In this document: one piece after another, positions 33,791-45,976 of the stretch
Numbering within the stretch: position 1 is the stretch's first letter
Layout: each line of letters starts with the position of its first letter
From: Eukaryota sp. TZLM1-RC
Lineage: Eukaryota > Protista > Metamonada: BaSk clade
Assembly (NCBI GenBank): GCA_040285825.1
Contig: JAUPSS010000007.1
Location: forward strand, 1,140,501 to 1,204,500
Length of the DNA: 64,000 nt
Reading direction: 5' to 3'
Notes under the pieces: model-generated
Databases searched by the model: none
Seen by the model: only the letters and a program-made list of their open reading frames with translations
What the model was told of the DNA's origin: nothing
Position numbers and translations under genes: made by a program

Positions 33791-36126
33791 ATAAACAGGC
33801 CTACCTTCTTCACCGGATAACCAGTGATCAAATACATTCAACATATTCAAACAAGCCATCTTGTTCCTATTCCAATACTTTGCCTTGACTGCTTCTCTAC
33901 TTTCTGACTTTTTACATCGTGCTTTTGCATCATTAATACACTGAGAACTTCTACATTCCAAAAGCCCATGAGGAGATTTGAACGGTGTTTTTTCAGCACT
34001 TTTAGGAATTGGATTCCTTGTTTTGATAGTTGTTTCAAACACTTTTTCAATGCAAGAGGGACACTTTGAAGAAGTATGGCTTTCATCAATTAGAACAGTT
34101 TGAAAACCTCGTCTAAGAAAACAACTTATCCATCTATTGGAAGGAGTTGGGGGACTATGTTTGAGATTACTGATTGGTTTACGACCCAAGTCCCCAATAC
34201 ACAATACCATTTTGTCTTTACCACCGAATGTTGTCAATAACTTGTTCACAATTCTTTCTTCAGTTTTTTGCCTATGGATATAACTTTGGATATTATGTAT
34301 CCTCCATAAGGGTAAACTATAAAATTGTTTCACTGCATTGTAGTGTTTACACTTGGCCAACATAAACTCTCTGAATTTGTGGTAATCAACAGTTTTTGAA
34401 TCATGATCACGTAACCACGAATTCCATTCCTGAATGGTCATTGTCTGGTCTTCACTATTACCATTATTTTGTCTAACACAAAATTGTAACACTTGTTCGT
34501 GTTTTCTATTGAGACGTGACCATTCACCATATGTTAGCCTCATCCATTCATATTTTTTCAGTGGATTTGAATTGGATTCTTCCGACTGTGCTCCAAATTG
34601 AATTAAATCTCTCTTTCCAAGATCACCAAAAACCACATTTTGATCACTATAATCTCCAGGATCAAGGTGATCAAAATAAGAGACTGATACCTTGGCAATA
34701 TTTGAATCAGGTTTAAAGGTTAATCCTGCGAGATCTTCTCTCACAAACTGAAAACAAATACTTATACCATTGGTTACTGCGTAATTATTGAATTTGAAAC
34801 CATTTTTTTGAAAGATTTGTTATTAGTGTTGAACCATCTGTTCCAATAAGAATTCTGTTGATTGTGAGTTAGACTACCAATATCAGACATACACATATAA
34901 TTTTGGACTTGTTTAAATCGAGGTTTACCATCTAAATTACCCATAGCATTTTTCCCAATACCCCACAATGTTCGCGTGTCTATTGGAAAGTATCCAGGTT
35001 TACTACCCATATTAAGTGGAATGACATTAAACAATTTTGCTTCAATTCCTTCTAAATATTGAATTATTTGAAATGATGGTTTCAGAAAATGTAAAGGATA
35101 CTTTTCAAGGGTATATTGCAGTATTTTAACTTGTACATTTTCTGTTCCATTGCCCTCATTAATTTGGATAATATTTGGGAAAATTATAGACAACCAGTGC
35201 TCCAATAATAATGTAACACCTTCTTCAATCAAATAATTTGTGGTTTCAAACACAACATCGGTTGTAGAATCATCAAAATATTTAATAACTTCTTGTAAAA
35301 AATATACATTAGATGGGTGATCAGAATTTCCAAAATTTTGCAAGTAATTAATTAACTCATTTCGCTCCCCACCAGTCATAAAATCCTTCACAATTTTCAA
35401 ACGAAATCTTAAGAAACTGAGAAATCTTTGGCGTTGCATATAATTCACATGTTGCAAACTATCTGGAAGAACTTCTGTCCAATTTTCCTTCATTAGATCT
35501 TCCAAATCTTTTTTTCCCATTATATGATTAATGAACCTTTTGATATATAAATGATAATTTCTTTTGATATTCAGTTCAAAAGCAGGCCACATTTCATATT
35601 GACTCATGTATTCAAATGATCTATTTACATGGTTATAATCTAGTCTAGGCATATGGCAAATTGATGAAGTGTCGGTGTATTCAGTAACACAATGGCGATA
35701 CCCAGGGAATTCAGAGTTGTTGTCATAAGTTCCTAACCCAAATATAAAGTTGTTCAAATCATCACTTAACGTTGGTATTGGTTTATCGAATGCTAATTTA
35801 AGCTGATGCTCCTTTGAAGATAATTTTTTCAAACATATCATTGTGTGATAGAATAGTTTGTAGTCAAAATTTGTCAAATCTTTGTTCTTCATGAATTTGA
35901 CTAAAAGATGCTGTTTGACACAAAATGAAGTTTGTTGTCTTACAGCAGTCATTACCTCAGATGCTATAAGTAACTCTTCTTGTAATTCTCTATACCTTGC
36001 TGTAGATGAAACAGAGGTCTTTACTGTAGACCATGACTGATTTATTATTTTATCCCTTTGGAATAGAATAAACAATTTGAAAACAAGAATTGCATCCTGA
36101 AGACAATAAGATCCTAATGTTCTCAA
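33779..36126 (-). CDS. Fanzor1-type (TnpB-derived) RNA-guided nuclease, ~780 aa, one frameshift in the A7 run at 34803-34809
   Basis: Adding one A joins ORFs 34774-36126 and 33779-34744 via FKKNGFKFNNYAVTNGISICFQFVR; RuvC-I VVFGDLGKRDLI, SYIHRQKTEERIVNKL, LCIGD, PPTP, IDESHTSSKCPSC, CRSSQC, WNRNKMACLNM; true start codon uncertain. Confidence 0.88.
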
Positions 36127-36169
36127 TGCCTTATTTGAATAGAGGCTATCAACAGGTAATAAATTTTTA

Positions 36170-36352
36170 TTAATTTCGCTATTTGGCGAAGTTTGGATCT
36201 AGATGAGTTGCTGATGTGGTTTTCATCAAGAAACAATTCAGTCAGAGTGGAATTCCTCTCCAGAGCACAGGCGAGAGCACTAGCGCCTTCATTGGCAATG
36301 TTGTTGTAAAGAAGATTCAATACAGCCAGAGTGGAATTGCTCTCCAGAGCAC
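36170..36352 (-). pseudogene. Fragment of a ribonuclease-inhibitor-type leucine-rich-repeat gene
   Basis: CALESNSTLAVLNLLYNNIANEGASALACALERNSTLTELFLDENHI, 28-aa/84-nt period. Confidence 0.8.
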
Positions 36353-36389
36353 AATTTCAATTTTGTCAATTTTGTCAGAAATTTTAAAA

Positions 36390-39300
36390 CATTAATTTAT
36401 TGAATTTGCACACTTGATTAAATTAAATCATAACTAATGGGACGACTATCATTAAACCAAGATTTCCTCTACAAAATCTTGATTTGCTTGCTGTCTAGCT
36501 AAAGCTTCTCTAATTCGATTGAAAAACCGCGGTAATCTATTAATAATGGCAAATTGAATCCGTGAACGCCATAAAAAAATATCAAATCTTTTCATTGTTT
36601 TTTCTTTAACCATTTTTTGGAAGTCATCCAAAAACGTTTCTGCTTCAACTGATAATCTTCCATTTATCGAAAATGGAAAAGCAATAAAAACCAGCTGTGT
36701 ATTTCTATCGATATTTGCATCTTCAATTTCTTTATCATATTTTCTATGTTTTTCTTTTGCTTTAAAATCCAGAGCAGCCACAGGATTAAGTTTCCTTCTG
36801 TGAACCAAAGTATCGTTTGCAACATTACATGAGACAAAGTCAACAATAGCTTCAGAATTATCAATCCAATCACAGTATACATCACCTCTATCATCAGAAC
36901 CAAAATTATTCAGAGAAAGTGTTTCTTTCAGCAGGGGCTCTTTGATACACGATATCCTTGCAGTTTGTGCCATATTGAAAACAGTGTCTCTAACAGCATC
37001 ATGTAATGAAGAACGATAAGTTATCAATTTAGAGCAATTTAGAGCATGGTGCAAAGTGAGTTGAGGTGAATTCGAACAAATACATTTTTCTTTTGATAAT
37101 AATTGGTTAATGGGGATGTTCAAATATAATCTCATTTTTGTTACAAATGCTTCATTAGTAGCACACAATCCAAATCTTCGTGGTACAATGGTTACAAAAA
37201 GTGAAGAATCTGACACCTTGTTTTCACAAACACCCTTTTCCAATAACAATGAGTGAAGATCTTGATTTAAAACAGCCGAGCTGCAAATATTATTATAAAG
37301 ATCTTTTTCATACATTCCAGTCAATCTTTTCTGTAATGTTCGAAGAGTGTACTTCAAATTTAAAACATTTTTTTCTGGAATATTGCCATTGAATGATTGG
37401 GGAAAACATCGACCCCATTTTTCTACATCAATTCTTGAAATTTCTTCATTTAATGCAAAAACAGTGGAACTTTGCGTTGTCATCAATAAATCTTCCCAAT
37501 CTGCAAATCTTTCGGAGAACTCAAAGATTGCATTTCTGCATCCACCAACAAAAGCACACGAGGTAAGAATAGAAGCCTTCGTCCACCCAGAAATTGAGTT
37601 CAACTTTTCAAACAATTTTTTGGTAATTTCATCATTATTTCCTAAAAACGAACCCAAATGACGAATAGCATCAATTGAATATAATTTGGCTTGAATTTCA
37701 ATATCATCAATTATTGTGGAAACTGGAGAATTCGATAACAAAACACATTTAAGTAAATTAAGTCGGAGACCAATTTTGGTAAATAATTCTGTAAAACATA
37801 CAGTTGCTTTTTTCACAATATTTAATTCACCAATAAGCACAACATCATCCATATATGCAATCATTTTTAGTGAAGGAAACATCTCTTGAATTTGCAGTAG
37901 AATAGGATGAATGGCCAAACAAAACAAAAGAGGTCCTAACGGATCTCCTTGCTTTACGCCACTTGATGAAATCAAAATGTTGTTACCAAAATGTAAATTA
38001 GAATATGTGCAATAAGTTGATTGAAAATATGGTATTAATTCCGGCATATATTGCAATAGAGCACCATGGATACTGCGACGACTTAGTGAATTGAAAGCAT
38101 TACTAAAATCCAATGACATGCAAACATTGAATTCATTTTGACGAAATAAGACATCAGTAGCAAAAATCGCTGAAGAGACTCCATCTGTAGTATTTATACC
38201 ATATTGAAAGGGTAATAAAATCTTTTTAGCTTTTTCATTGAACCTGCTTAAGCAACACGCAGAAAAAATATTGTGTAAGCTCTCAGAGACTGCAATAGGA
38301 CGAACATCCATTTTTGAATTTTTGACAAGTGCAGTCAAACGAGAACTTCTTAATTCTTCTGGGTATTTGCGTTGACCAGATAATATTTGGTTGAAAAATT
38401 TAGTCAATAAACCAAGGCAATCTTCTGAAGAAATAATCGCGGCTTTTACATGATCAATAGTAATACCAGAAAGTCCGGCAGACTTACCACGAGGTCTCTT
38501 TTTGATAATCGAAAAAACCTCTGATGGCATCAATGGATAATTTTCCCAGTATGTGCCGTAAAAATTTTGATCCATTATAGGGTCTTCATAAGGATGAAGA
38601 ATTTTCAGTTTTTCTATTGTATTTTTATTGTTCGGTGCTTTAACTCCGGGACGTAAAGCTGACAAAGCCTTGGACCATTTGTTGTCAAAGCATTTGTCTT
38701 CAAAAATTTTACTTAATTTCTCGGATGACTGATTTCTCGGTGCTATATTAGTTAAATCTTCGGAAATATTAACGAAATTTTGTTCAAAAGGAGGACAAAA
38801 AGAACCAAAAAATTCCCAAATAATATTGATAGCATACTTTCCTTTACATAATTGATCCAAAAATCTTTGAAAAACGAAAGCAAATTCATTGCATTTGGTC
38901 GGATGAATTTCTTGAGGTATTCTTATAGGAGGATGGTAGTTATCAACTATGCGGCATTTCAAGCAGCGATCAGAAGTTTTTCCTTTTGCATTTTTTCTAA
39001 AAGAAATACCACAAGTGTTGCAAGTTTTGTGCTTCAATCGATTGCTAACTGGTTTTGCAACAACTTGTGGAGCATTATTTATGGGTTCTACCTTAGACTC
39101 TTTCGTTCTAATAAATTTTCTTTTACATTTTGTTTCAGAATTTGCCGCATCATTTTTTCCAACATTGGGGCATGTTCGAGCATTATGTCCCTGTTGTCGA
39201 CACTTTGAGCATCTGTAGGAGCGAGGCTTTGTTTTTGAACAAACTTTGTTTTCATCGTGATTGTCTAAAAATTCTGGATCAGAATTTTTTTTGTCCAAAA

Positions 39301-39489
39301 ATGAAGAGAGAAGAGGTTGAGGAGGAGAGGTGGAAAGGACGTCTTGAGCATCTTGTTGACTATCGTTCTTTCTTTTGACTCCATTAGAATCAGAAATTGA
39401 TTCAGGCATCAACAAGAAAGAATAGAAGCAATGATCTCGGTTCAGCCAGGTTTTAAGTTAAATGGTTATATGTAGAGGAAGAAGAAAAG
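36390..39489 (-). mobile_element. Near full-length family D CRE-like element (~3.1 kb) with an in-frame internal deletion
   Basis: 5' end shared with copies at 1694 and 4896, 3' end shared with 23963; no TSD found. Confidence 0.93.
36452..39409 (-). CDS. Family D polyprotein: CCHC and C4 fingers, RT, CxC-HxxxC, restriction-like endonuclease
   Basis: CSKCRQQGHNARTC, CNTC..CLKC, RPIAV, DFSNAFNS, QGDPLGP, YMDD, HDAVRD, RGD..D..KHRKY; first ATG at 39409. Confidence 0.93.
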   Translation of the reverse strand: MPESISDSNGVKRKNDSQQDAQDVLSTSPPQPLLSSFLDKKNSDPEFLDNHDENKVCSKTKPRSYRCSKCRQQGHNARTCPNVGKNDAANSETKCKRKFIRTKESKVEPINNAPQVVAKPVSNRLKHKTCNTCGISFRKNAKGKTSDRCLKCRIVDNYHPPIRIPQEIHPTKCNEFAFVFQRFLDQLCKGKYAINIIWEFFGSFCPPFEQNFVNISEDLTNIAPRNQSSEKLSKIFEDKCFDNKWSKALSALRPGVKAPNNKNTIEKLKILHPYEDPIMDQNFYGTYWENYPLMPSEVFSIIKKRPRGKSAGLSGITIDHVKAAIISSEDCLGLLTKFFNQILSGQRKYPEELRSSRLTALVKNSKMDVRPIAVSESLHNIFSACCLSRFNEKAKKILLPFQYGINTTDGVSSAIFATDVLFRQNEFNVCMSLDFSNAFNSLSRRSIHGALLQYMPELIPYFQSTYCTYSNLHFGNNILISSSGVKQGDPLGPLLFCLAIHPILLQIQEMFPSLKMIAYMDDVVLIGELNIVKKATVCFTELFTKIGLRLNLLKCVLLSNSPVSTIIDDIEIQAKLYSIDAIRHLGSFLGNNDEITKKLFEKLNSISGWTKASILTSCAFVGGCRNAIFEFSERFADWEDLLMTTQSSTVFALNEEISRIDVEKWGRCFPQSFNGNIPEKNVLNLKYTLRTLQKRLTGMYEKDLYNNICSSAVLNQDLHSLLLEKGVCENKVSDSSLFVTIVPRRFGLCATNEAFVTKMRLYLNIPINQLLSKEKCICSNSPQLTLHHALNCSKLITYRSSLHDAVRDTVFNMAQTARISCIKEPLLKETLSLNNFGSDDRGDVYCDWIDNSEAIVDFVSCNVANDTLVHRRKLNPVAALDFKAKEKHRKYDKEIEDANIDRNTQLVFIAFPFSINGRLSVEAETFLDDFQKMVKEKTMKRFDIFLWRSRIQFAIINRLPRFFNRIREALARQQANQDFVEEILV

Positions 39490-40912
39490 CCTATAAATCA
39501 ACATCTAAAAAATCCATCTCTCCCAGAACAAAAACACCAGATGCAACTCTCTCATAGTGAGATCCAAGAGAAAGCAAAGCATCAGAAACCATCTTCAACA
39601 TCCCCTTAAAAATAGAAAACACAATTCTATTTTGCCAAAACAATCTGTTGAAATTTTTGCCAGTTCTTCTCTTTACAATCAATTCAAAATCATCCAAAAA
39701 ACGTAAAGCAGTTGGTGCAAGTGAACCAAAAAGGGAAAATACAAATGGATACAAATTGTATTTTGCATGCTGTAGACTGGCCAATTTTTTTTTGAAAAAT
39801 TTTAATTTATTATTAAACTACAGTCTAAAAGTCAATATCTTCAAAACAAGCTTCCACACCATCAAACCTCACAACAGCAATTTCTTCGTAATGTGCACTG
39901 ACAGACATCAAAGCTTTCGAAATCATTTTAGGAATTGATTTGAAAATAGTAAAAACAATACGATTTAGCCACAAGCGACGATCAAAACGCTTATTCATTC
40001 TTCTTTTCACAAGATTTTCAAAATCATCAATAAAATTCATAGCAGTTTTTCCAAGACGACCATACAACGATATAGCAAATGGGCAAATTTGGTAATCTAC
40101 ATGGCGAACATGTTTCAATTCTTTTAAAGGATTTGCATACTTTTTCCGTTTGTACAATTCGGAGTCATCAAGGGGGGATACTTCGGATTGAGCATTTTTC
40201 AAGGCATTTTTCTTGCAAACATCCACTGTTACGACATCAACAACATTCATGACATCATCAAACGAGGGCACAACAACATCAGCACGTCGTTTTCCATATT
40301 CTGAATCTCTTACGCTTTCATTTATATCAAGAGACCTCAACAAAGGTTCTACAAAAGATTCAATATGATAGGAATTACACATTGCATGGATTTGATCTCT
40401 GACTGCATCATGCAACGTAGAACGATAGGAAATAAATCTATTACAATTAAATAAATGTAATAATGTCAAACCAGCTCCACATTTGCAAAACGAATCATTG
40501 GACAAATTACAAGGCCATAAATAACAACGCATTCACATAGCAGCGGTCCATTGGTCGTCATTCAAAAATAGGCCATAAATCTGGGGAATTTGATTTATCA
40601 AAACTGCAGATGAACTGTCCTTCAAATCAAAAGATTGGCAAAAGCAGGATTTTCTTTCTTAGCCGTGCTAAGTCGAACAATAAAATCCTTGCTTTCAAAT
40701 TTTTTCAAAAGATGTCGTTGGAGCTTTTTCAACGCAAATTTTAATGAATACAAACTTCTGTCTGGAATTTCTTGAATGGATATGGGGAAACATGATTGCC
40801 ATAAGTCGGGAGATAAACTGGAAATTTCTTCTCTTAAGTTATCGAGGAATAGGCTATTTGTAGTTTAAGAAGATTTTCGGCAAAAGGATATCTTCTGGAG
40901 AATTCAAATACA
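39490..40912 (-). mobile_element. Family A 3' fragment (39490-39785) followed by family B 3' part with poly(A) (39786-40912)
   Basis: ORFs 39491-39784 and 39825-40532. Confidence 0.88.
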
Positions 40913-41348
40913 ATTGAACCGTTAGTACGTAAGCTATCTCCAGATCAAACTGACGAGTCCTTTGGTAAAAGAAGGGCAGCTTCAGTAGCTCCAGGGATCG
41001 ATGGTGTTCTCAACGTTGTGTATGCTGTAAAATAATTTTTCAATGTAGAATTTGAGAAAAGGTGATTTTTAAGTGTTAACAATTGCGTTTGAATAAAAAA
41101 GTATTAAATAAAAAATTGTTTCATTTCTCAGATTCCAAATGTTTACGTTCTATTGTTAAATAACCATCAATGGACAACTTCCTTAAAAATGAGGTGTTTT
41201 CTGTGGCCATACAATGTGCCAAATGATTTCATTTATCGTTGTGGTCAGCTCATTAATTTGAATCGTTTATTTAATTGCAAATTTTATATATTATTTATTT
41301 TCTACGAAGAAACAAAACAAAACAAAACAAAACAAACTAAAACACATA

Positions 41349-43424
41349 TTGGAAAAAAAGCCAAGGAATTTTTCAGTCCGTTTCAATTTGGAATCAAGAC
41401 AATTGATGGTGCTTCTTCTGCTGCTCTTTCGTCGGATGTGTTTTTTAATTCTAGTGATTCTAATTACATCTTCAATTTAGATTTTAAGAATGCTTTCAAT
41501 TCTGTATCTCGTTCTTCCATTTTACCTTTGCTGCAAAAGCATTTTCCTGAAGTTGAGTCTTTTTTCTATTCATTTTATGGAAAATCATCCACATTGGTCT
41601 ATGAAAATTTTGACCTGCTTTCGTCTTCAGGTGTTAAACAAGGTGATCCACTTGGTCCTTTTTTCTTTTGTCTGGCAATTCATCCATTAATGTGCGAATT
41701 GAAAGAAAAGTTCCCAGAAATAGATATTGTAGCATATATGGATGACATTTCTGTAATTGCTCCTATTACAATTCTGAAACAAATAGCAACTTTTATTCAA
41801 CAGCGTTACGAAGATATTGGTCTCTCATTGAATATCTCCAAATGTTTGATTATTGGCCATGAACCAATTGATTTTTTCATTAATGATGTCAATGTTCCCT
41901 TTATCAATTATGATCAGTCTGGTTTTCGTTTTTTTGGGTTGTTATCTCGGAAATATTGATGAAGTCAAAAGCCAACTTTCGACTCTGTTGACTCAATTTG
42001 GAAATGAATTAGAATCAATAGAAAATTTAAATATTGAGAAACATTTGAAATTCTTTTCCTCAAAATCTGTTATTCTGGAAAATTTACTCATATTTTGAGA
42101 TCAACATCACCATCAATTTCCTTGGAGTTCTGTCGCATTTTTAATGAACAAAGAACTAATTTTTTAGCAAAATTATTGGAAATTGATGCATCTCAGTTAC
42201 GAAGCCACATTTTTGTGGTACAAATTTTGGTGGTGTTGATTTTCATAAGTCAAGCTACCTTTGTAAAGCTGCTTTTATTGGAGGTGGAAAGAATTTTATT
42301 TATGAATTTGTGAATCGTTTTCCTGAAAAAATTCATCTCATTGAAAATTGTGGCAGCACCTATCTTATTTCTTTGCAACAGGAAATTGAAACTCTTTCAC
42401 CCAATATTTGGGCTAAATGTTTCCCCTCTGATATTGTGGAACTTCCTTCAAGAAGCTTGCTCTCCTTACCATTGACTTTTGCAAAATTGCAGAAAAAATT
42501 TTGAAAGTTTTAGAAAACTTGGATTATATTGTACGTCTTAGCTTGGCTAAGGAAAAAAATCCCGTTTTTGCAAACTTTTTGATTGATCTTGAAGACAGTT
42601 GCTCAAGTTGCTTAATCTCCCAAATTCCCAACATTTACGGCCTTCTACTTAATGATCACCAATGGACCACTGCAATGAGATTGAGATGTTTTCTATGGCC
42701 TTGTTCATTGCCAAATGATTTAATTTGTCGCTGCAAGAGTGTTGTTACGCTTTCCCATATTTTAAACTGTAAGTATTTCATAACTTATCGCTCACTTGTT
42801 CACGACTCAGTTCGTGATCAATTATATGCCATGTGCAAAAGTTTCAATATAGAGGCATTTATTGAGCCACTAGTACGTAAGCTGTCTTCAGATCAAACTG
42901 ATGATTCCTTTGGTAAAAGAAGGGCAGATTTAGTAGCTCCAGGGATCGATGGTGTTCTCAATGTTGTAGACGTTGTCTCAGTGGATGTTTGCAAAAATTC
43001 TGCTGCTCGTTTAGTGTATTCCGCTGACTCGCCGTTATCTAACGCCGAAAAAAAGAAGATAAAAAAATATGAAGAACCTTTGGCACAGTTAGGTAGAGTG
43101 GAACATGTGAAATATCAGTTTGTGCCGTTTGCAATTTCTCTTTTTGGCAATATTGGACCTTCAGGCTTGCACTTTTTGGAAAATTTTAAAAAAGTGTTAC
43201 TGAATAGGTCTGGTAAAACAATGAACTCCACGTTCTGGTTAAATAGAATTGTTTTTTGCATTTTCAAGTCTATTCCAACAATGATTTCAAAGGCACTTTT
43301 AGCTATTGGTGTAGAATATGAACGTAATGCTGTGAGTAGGTTCAGTTATAGTGACGCTTGTTTGGAGGATATTGAATTCTAGATGGTTATTTTTATCTCA
43401 ATAAATATTCCAGTTCTCTAAAAA
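41349..43424 (+). mobile_element. Family E element, 5'-truncated, 10-bp TSD
   Basis: TSD AAAACACATA at 41339-41348 and 43425-43434; empty sites at 46721-46730 and 50015-50024. Confidence 0.94.
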
Positions 43425-43434
43425 AAAACACATA

Positions 43435-43690
43435 AGAAACAAAATTCTCCACGCCAACTCTTGATGAATCCTTATACAACTTGGACATCATTAAATTTAA
43501 GTACTTGGGAACACTTCTGTACAAAGCAAAAGTGATACGATTCTTCCATAAATTCCCTGCAAAATTCTTACCACTTGAACGAGATAAATTACCACAATCA
43601 TTGAGAAAATTCAAGACAGACTGTGCCAATGTTACCAAAAATCGAAAAGGCAAAAGGAACAAACGAAAACTCCGAGTAAAGATTCTTATT
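43435..43690 (-). mobile_element. 3' fragment of a further diverged RLE family (also at ~46731-46985 and ~50025-50280)
   Basis: FLNDCG..LWKNRITFALYRS resembles FLDDF..FWQNRIVFSIFK of families A-E. Confidence 0.65.
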
Positions 43691-45976
43691 TAAATCATTT
43701 AATATCTAATATTTAGATGGAAGCTTCATTTTATTGGATGTAATGTCTGTTGATCCTTGTAATGCTTCAAATGAAAGGCTTGTTAATTCTGAAATTATAA
43801 TTCTCTTTCAAATGCTGAAAATTTCAAATTCAGAAAATACAGTGAACCTTTGTCCAAATTGGCCAGTCTACAGCATGCAAAATACAAGTGTTAATATGTG
43901 TTTTCCCTTTTTGGTTCACTTGCACCAACGGCTTAAAAGGGAAAATACAAATGGATACAAATTGTATTTTGCATGCTGTAGACTGGCCAATTTGGACAAA
44001 GGTTCATTGTATTTTTTGAATTTAAAATTTTCAGCATTTGAAAGGGGATTATGAATTTCAGAATTAACAAGCCTTTCATTTGAGGCATTACAAGGATCAA
44101 CAGACATTACATCCAATAAAATGAAACTTCCATCTAATCCAGGTAATATAACATCACCTCTATTATTCTTATGAAAATCATCTTCAGCATCAAACAGATT
44201 TGACAACAGAGGTTCCAAGAAGGATTCAATTCTATGAGATTTACACATACAATATAACTGGTCTCTTACAGCATCATGAACCTTGCTTCTAAAAGTAATA
44301 AAATGTTTACAATTTAACAAATGAGTAGTTGTAATTTCTCGAGAACATTTACAAATTAAATTATGAGGTAAATTATCAGGCCAGATAAAGGAACGAAATC
44401 TCATATTCAGAGTCCAAGCAGAATCGGATAAGAGAGTACCATAAACTTGTGGAATTGTTGTTACTAAGGCAGAAGAAGTACTGTCACACATATCTTGTAA
44501 AAGATTTGCAAAAGCGGGATTCTTTTTCTTGGCCAAGCCAAGTCTAACATCAAAATCCAAGCTTTCAAAAATCTTTGACAATTTTTGTTGAAGCTTTTTA
44601 CAGCAAAACTGTAAATTAAAAAGAGATCGGTTTGGAATTTCTTGAATTGATTGAGGAAAACATTTGGTCCAAATTTGTGGCGGCAATTTTTCAAGTTCAC
44701 AAGATAACTCATACAAATAGGGACTACAATTGGGAACTAACAGATGAGAATCATCAGGAAATCTACGAGAAAATTCATAAATAAAATTTTTGCCACCACC
44801 CAAGAATGCTGATTGACACAAAATTGAAGACTTAGTAAATCCAATACCACCCAAATTTGCTGAAGAAAATAAATGGCTTTTCAACAAAAAGGGGGGATAC
44901 TTCGGATTGAGCATTTTTCAAGGCATTTTTCTTGCAAACATCCACTGTTACGACATCAACAACATTCATGACATCATCAAACGAGGGCACAACAACATCA
45001 GCACGTCGTTTTCCATATTCTGAATCTCTTACGCTTTCATTTATATCAAGAGACCTCAACAAAGGTTCTACAAAAGATTCAATATGATAGGAATTACACA
45101 TTGCATGGATTTGATCTCTGACTGCATCATGCAACGTAGAACGATAGGAAATAAATCTATTACAATTAAATAAATGTAATAATGTCAAACCAGCTCCACA
45201 TTTGCAAAAACGAATCATTGGACAAATTACAAGGCCATAAATAACAACGCATTCACATAGCAGCGGTCCATTGGTCGTCATTCAAAAATAGGCCATAAAT
45301 CTGGGGAATTTGATTTATCAAAACTGCAGATGAACTGTCCTTCAAATCAAAAGATTGGCAAAAGCAGGATTTTCTTTCTTAGCCGTGCTAAGTCGAACAA
45401 TAAAATCCTTGCTTTCAAATTTTTCAAAAGATGTCGTTGGAGCTTTTTCAACGCAAATTTTAATGAATACAAACTTCTGTCTGGAATTTCTTGAATGGAT
45501 ATGGGGAAACATGATTGCCATAAGTCGGGAGATAAACTGGAAATTTCTTCTCTTAAGTTATCGAGGAATAGGCTATTTGTAGTTTAAGAAGATTTTCGGC
45601 AAAAGGATATCTTCTGGAGAATTCAAATACAATTGAACCGTTAGTACGTAAGCTATCTCCAGATCAAACTGACGAGTCCTTTGGTAAAAAGAAGGGCAGC
45701 TTCAGTAGCTCCAGGGATCGATGGTGTTCTCAACGTTGTGTATGCTGTAAAATAATTTTTCAATGTAGAATTTGAGAAAAGGTGATTTTTAAGTGTTAAC
45801 AATTGCGTTTGAATAAAAAAAGTATTAAATAAAAAAATTGTTTCATTTCTCAGATTCCAAATGTTTACGATCTATTGTTAAATAACCATCAATGGACAAC
45901 TTCCTTAAAAATGAGGTGTTTTCTGTGGCCATACAATGTGCCAAATGATTTCATTTATCGTTGTGGTCAGCTCATT

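Noticed and set aside
34745-34810. Intron or two separate genes at the Fanzor break
   Set aside because: One added A restores a continuous frame through a conserved-looking motif, so no splicing is needed
37580-37600. Spliced-out intron explaining the 237-nt deletion
   Set aside because: Boundaries can give ..AG but no GT/GC donor
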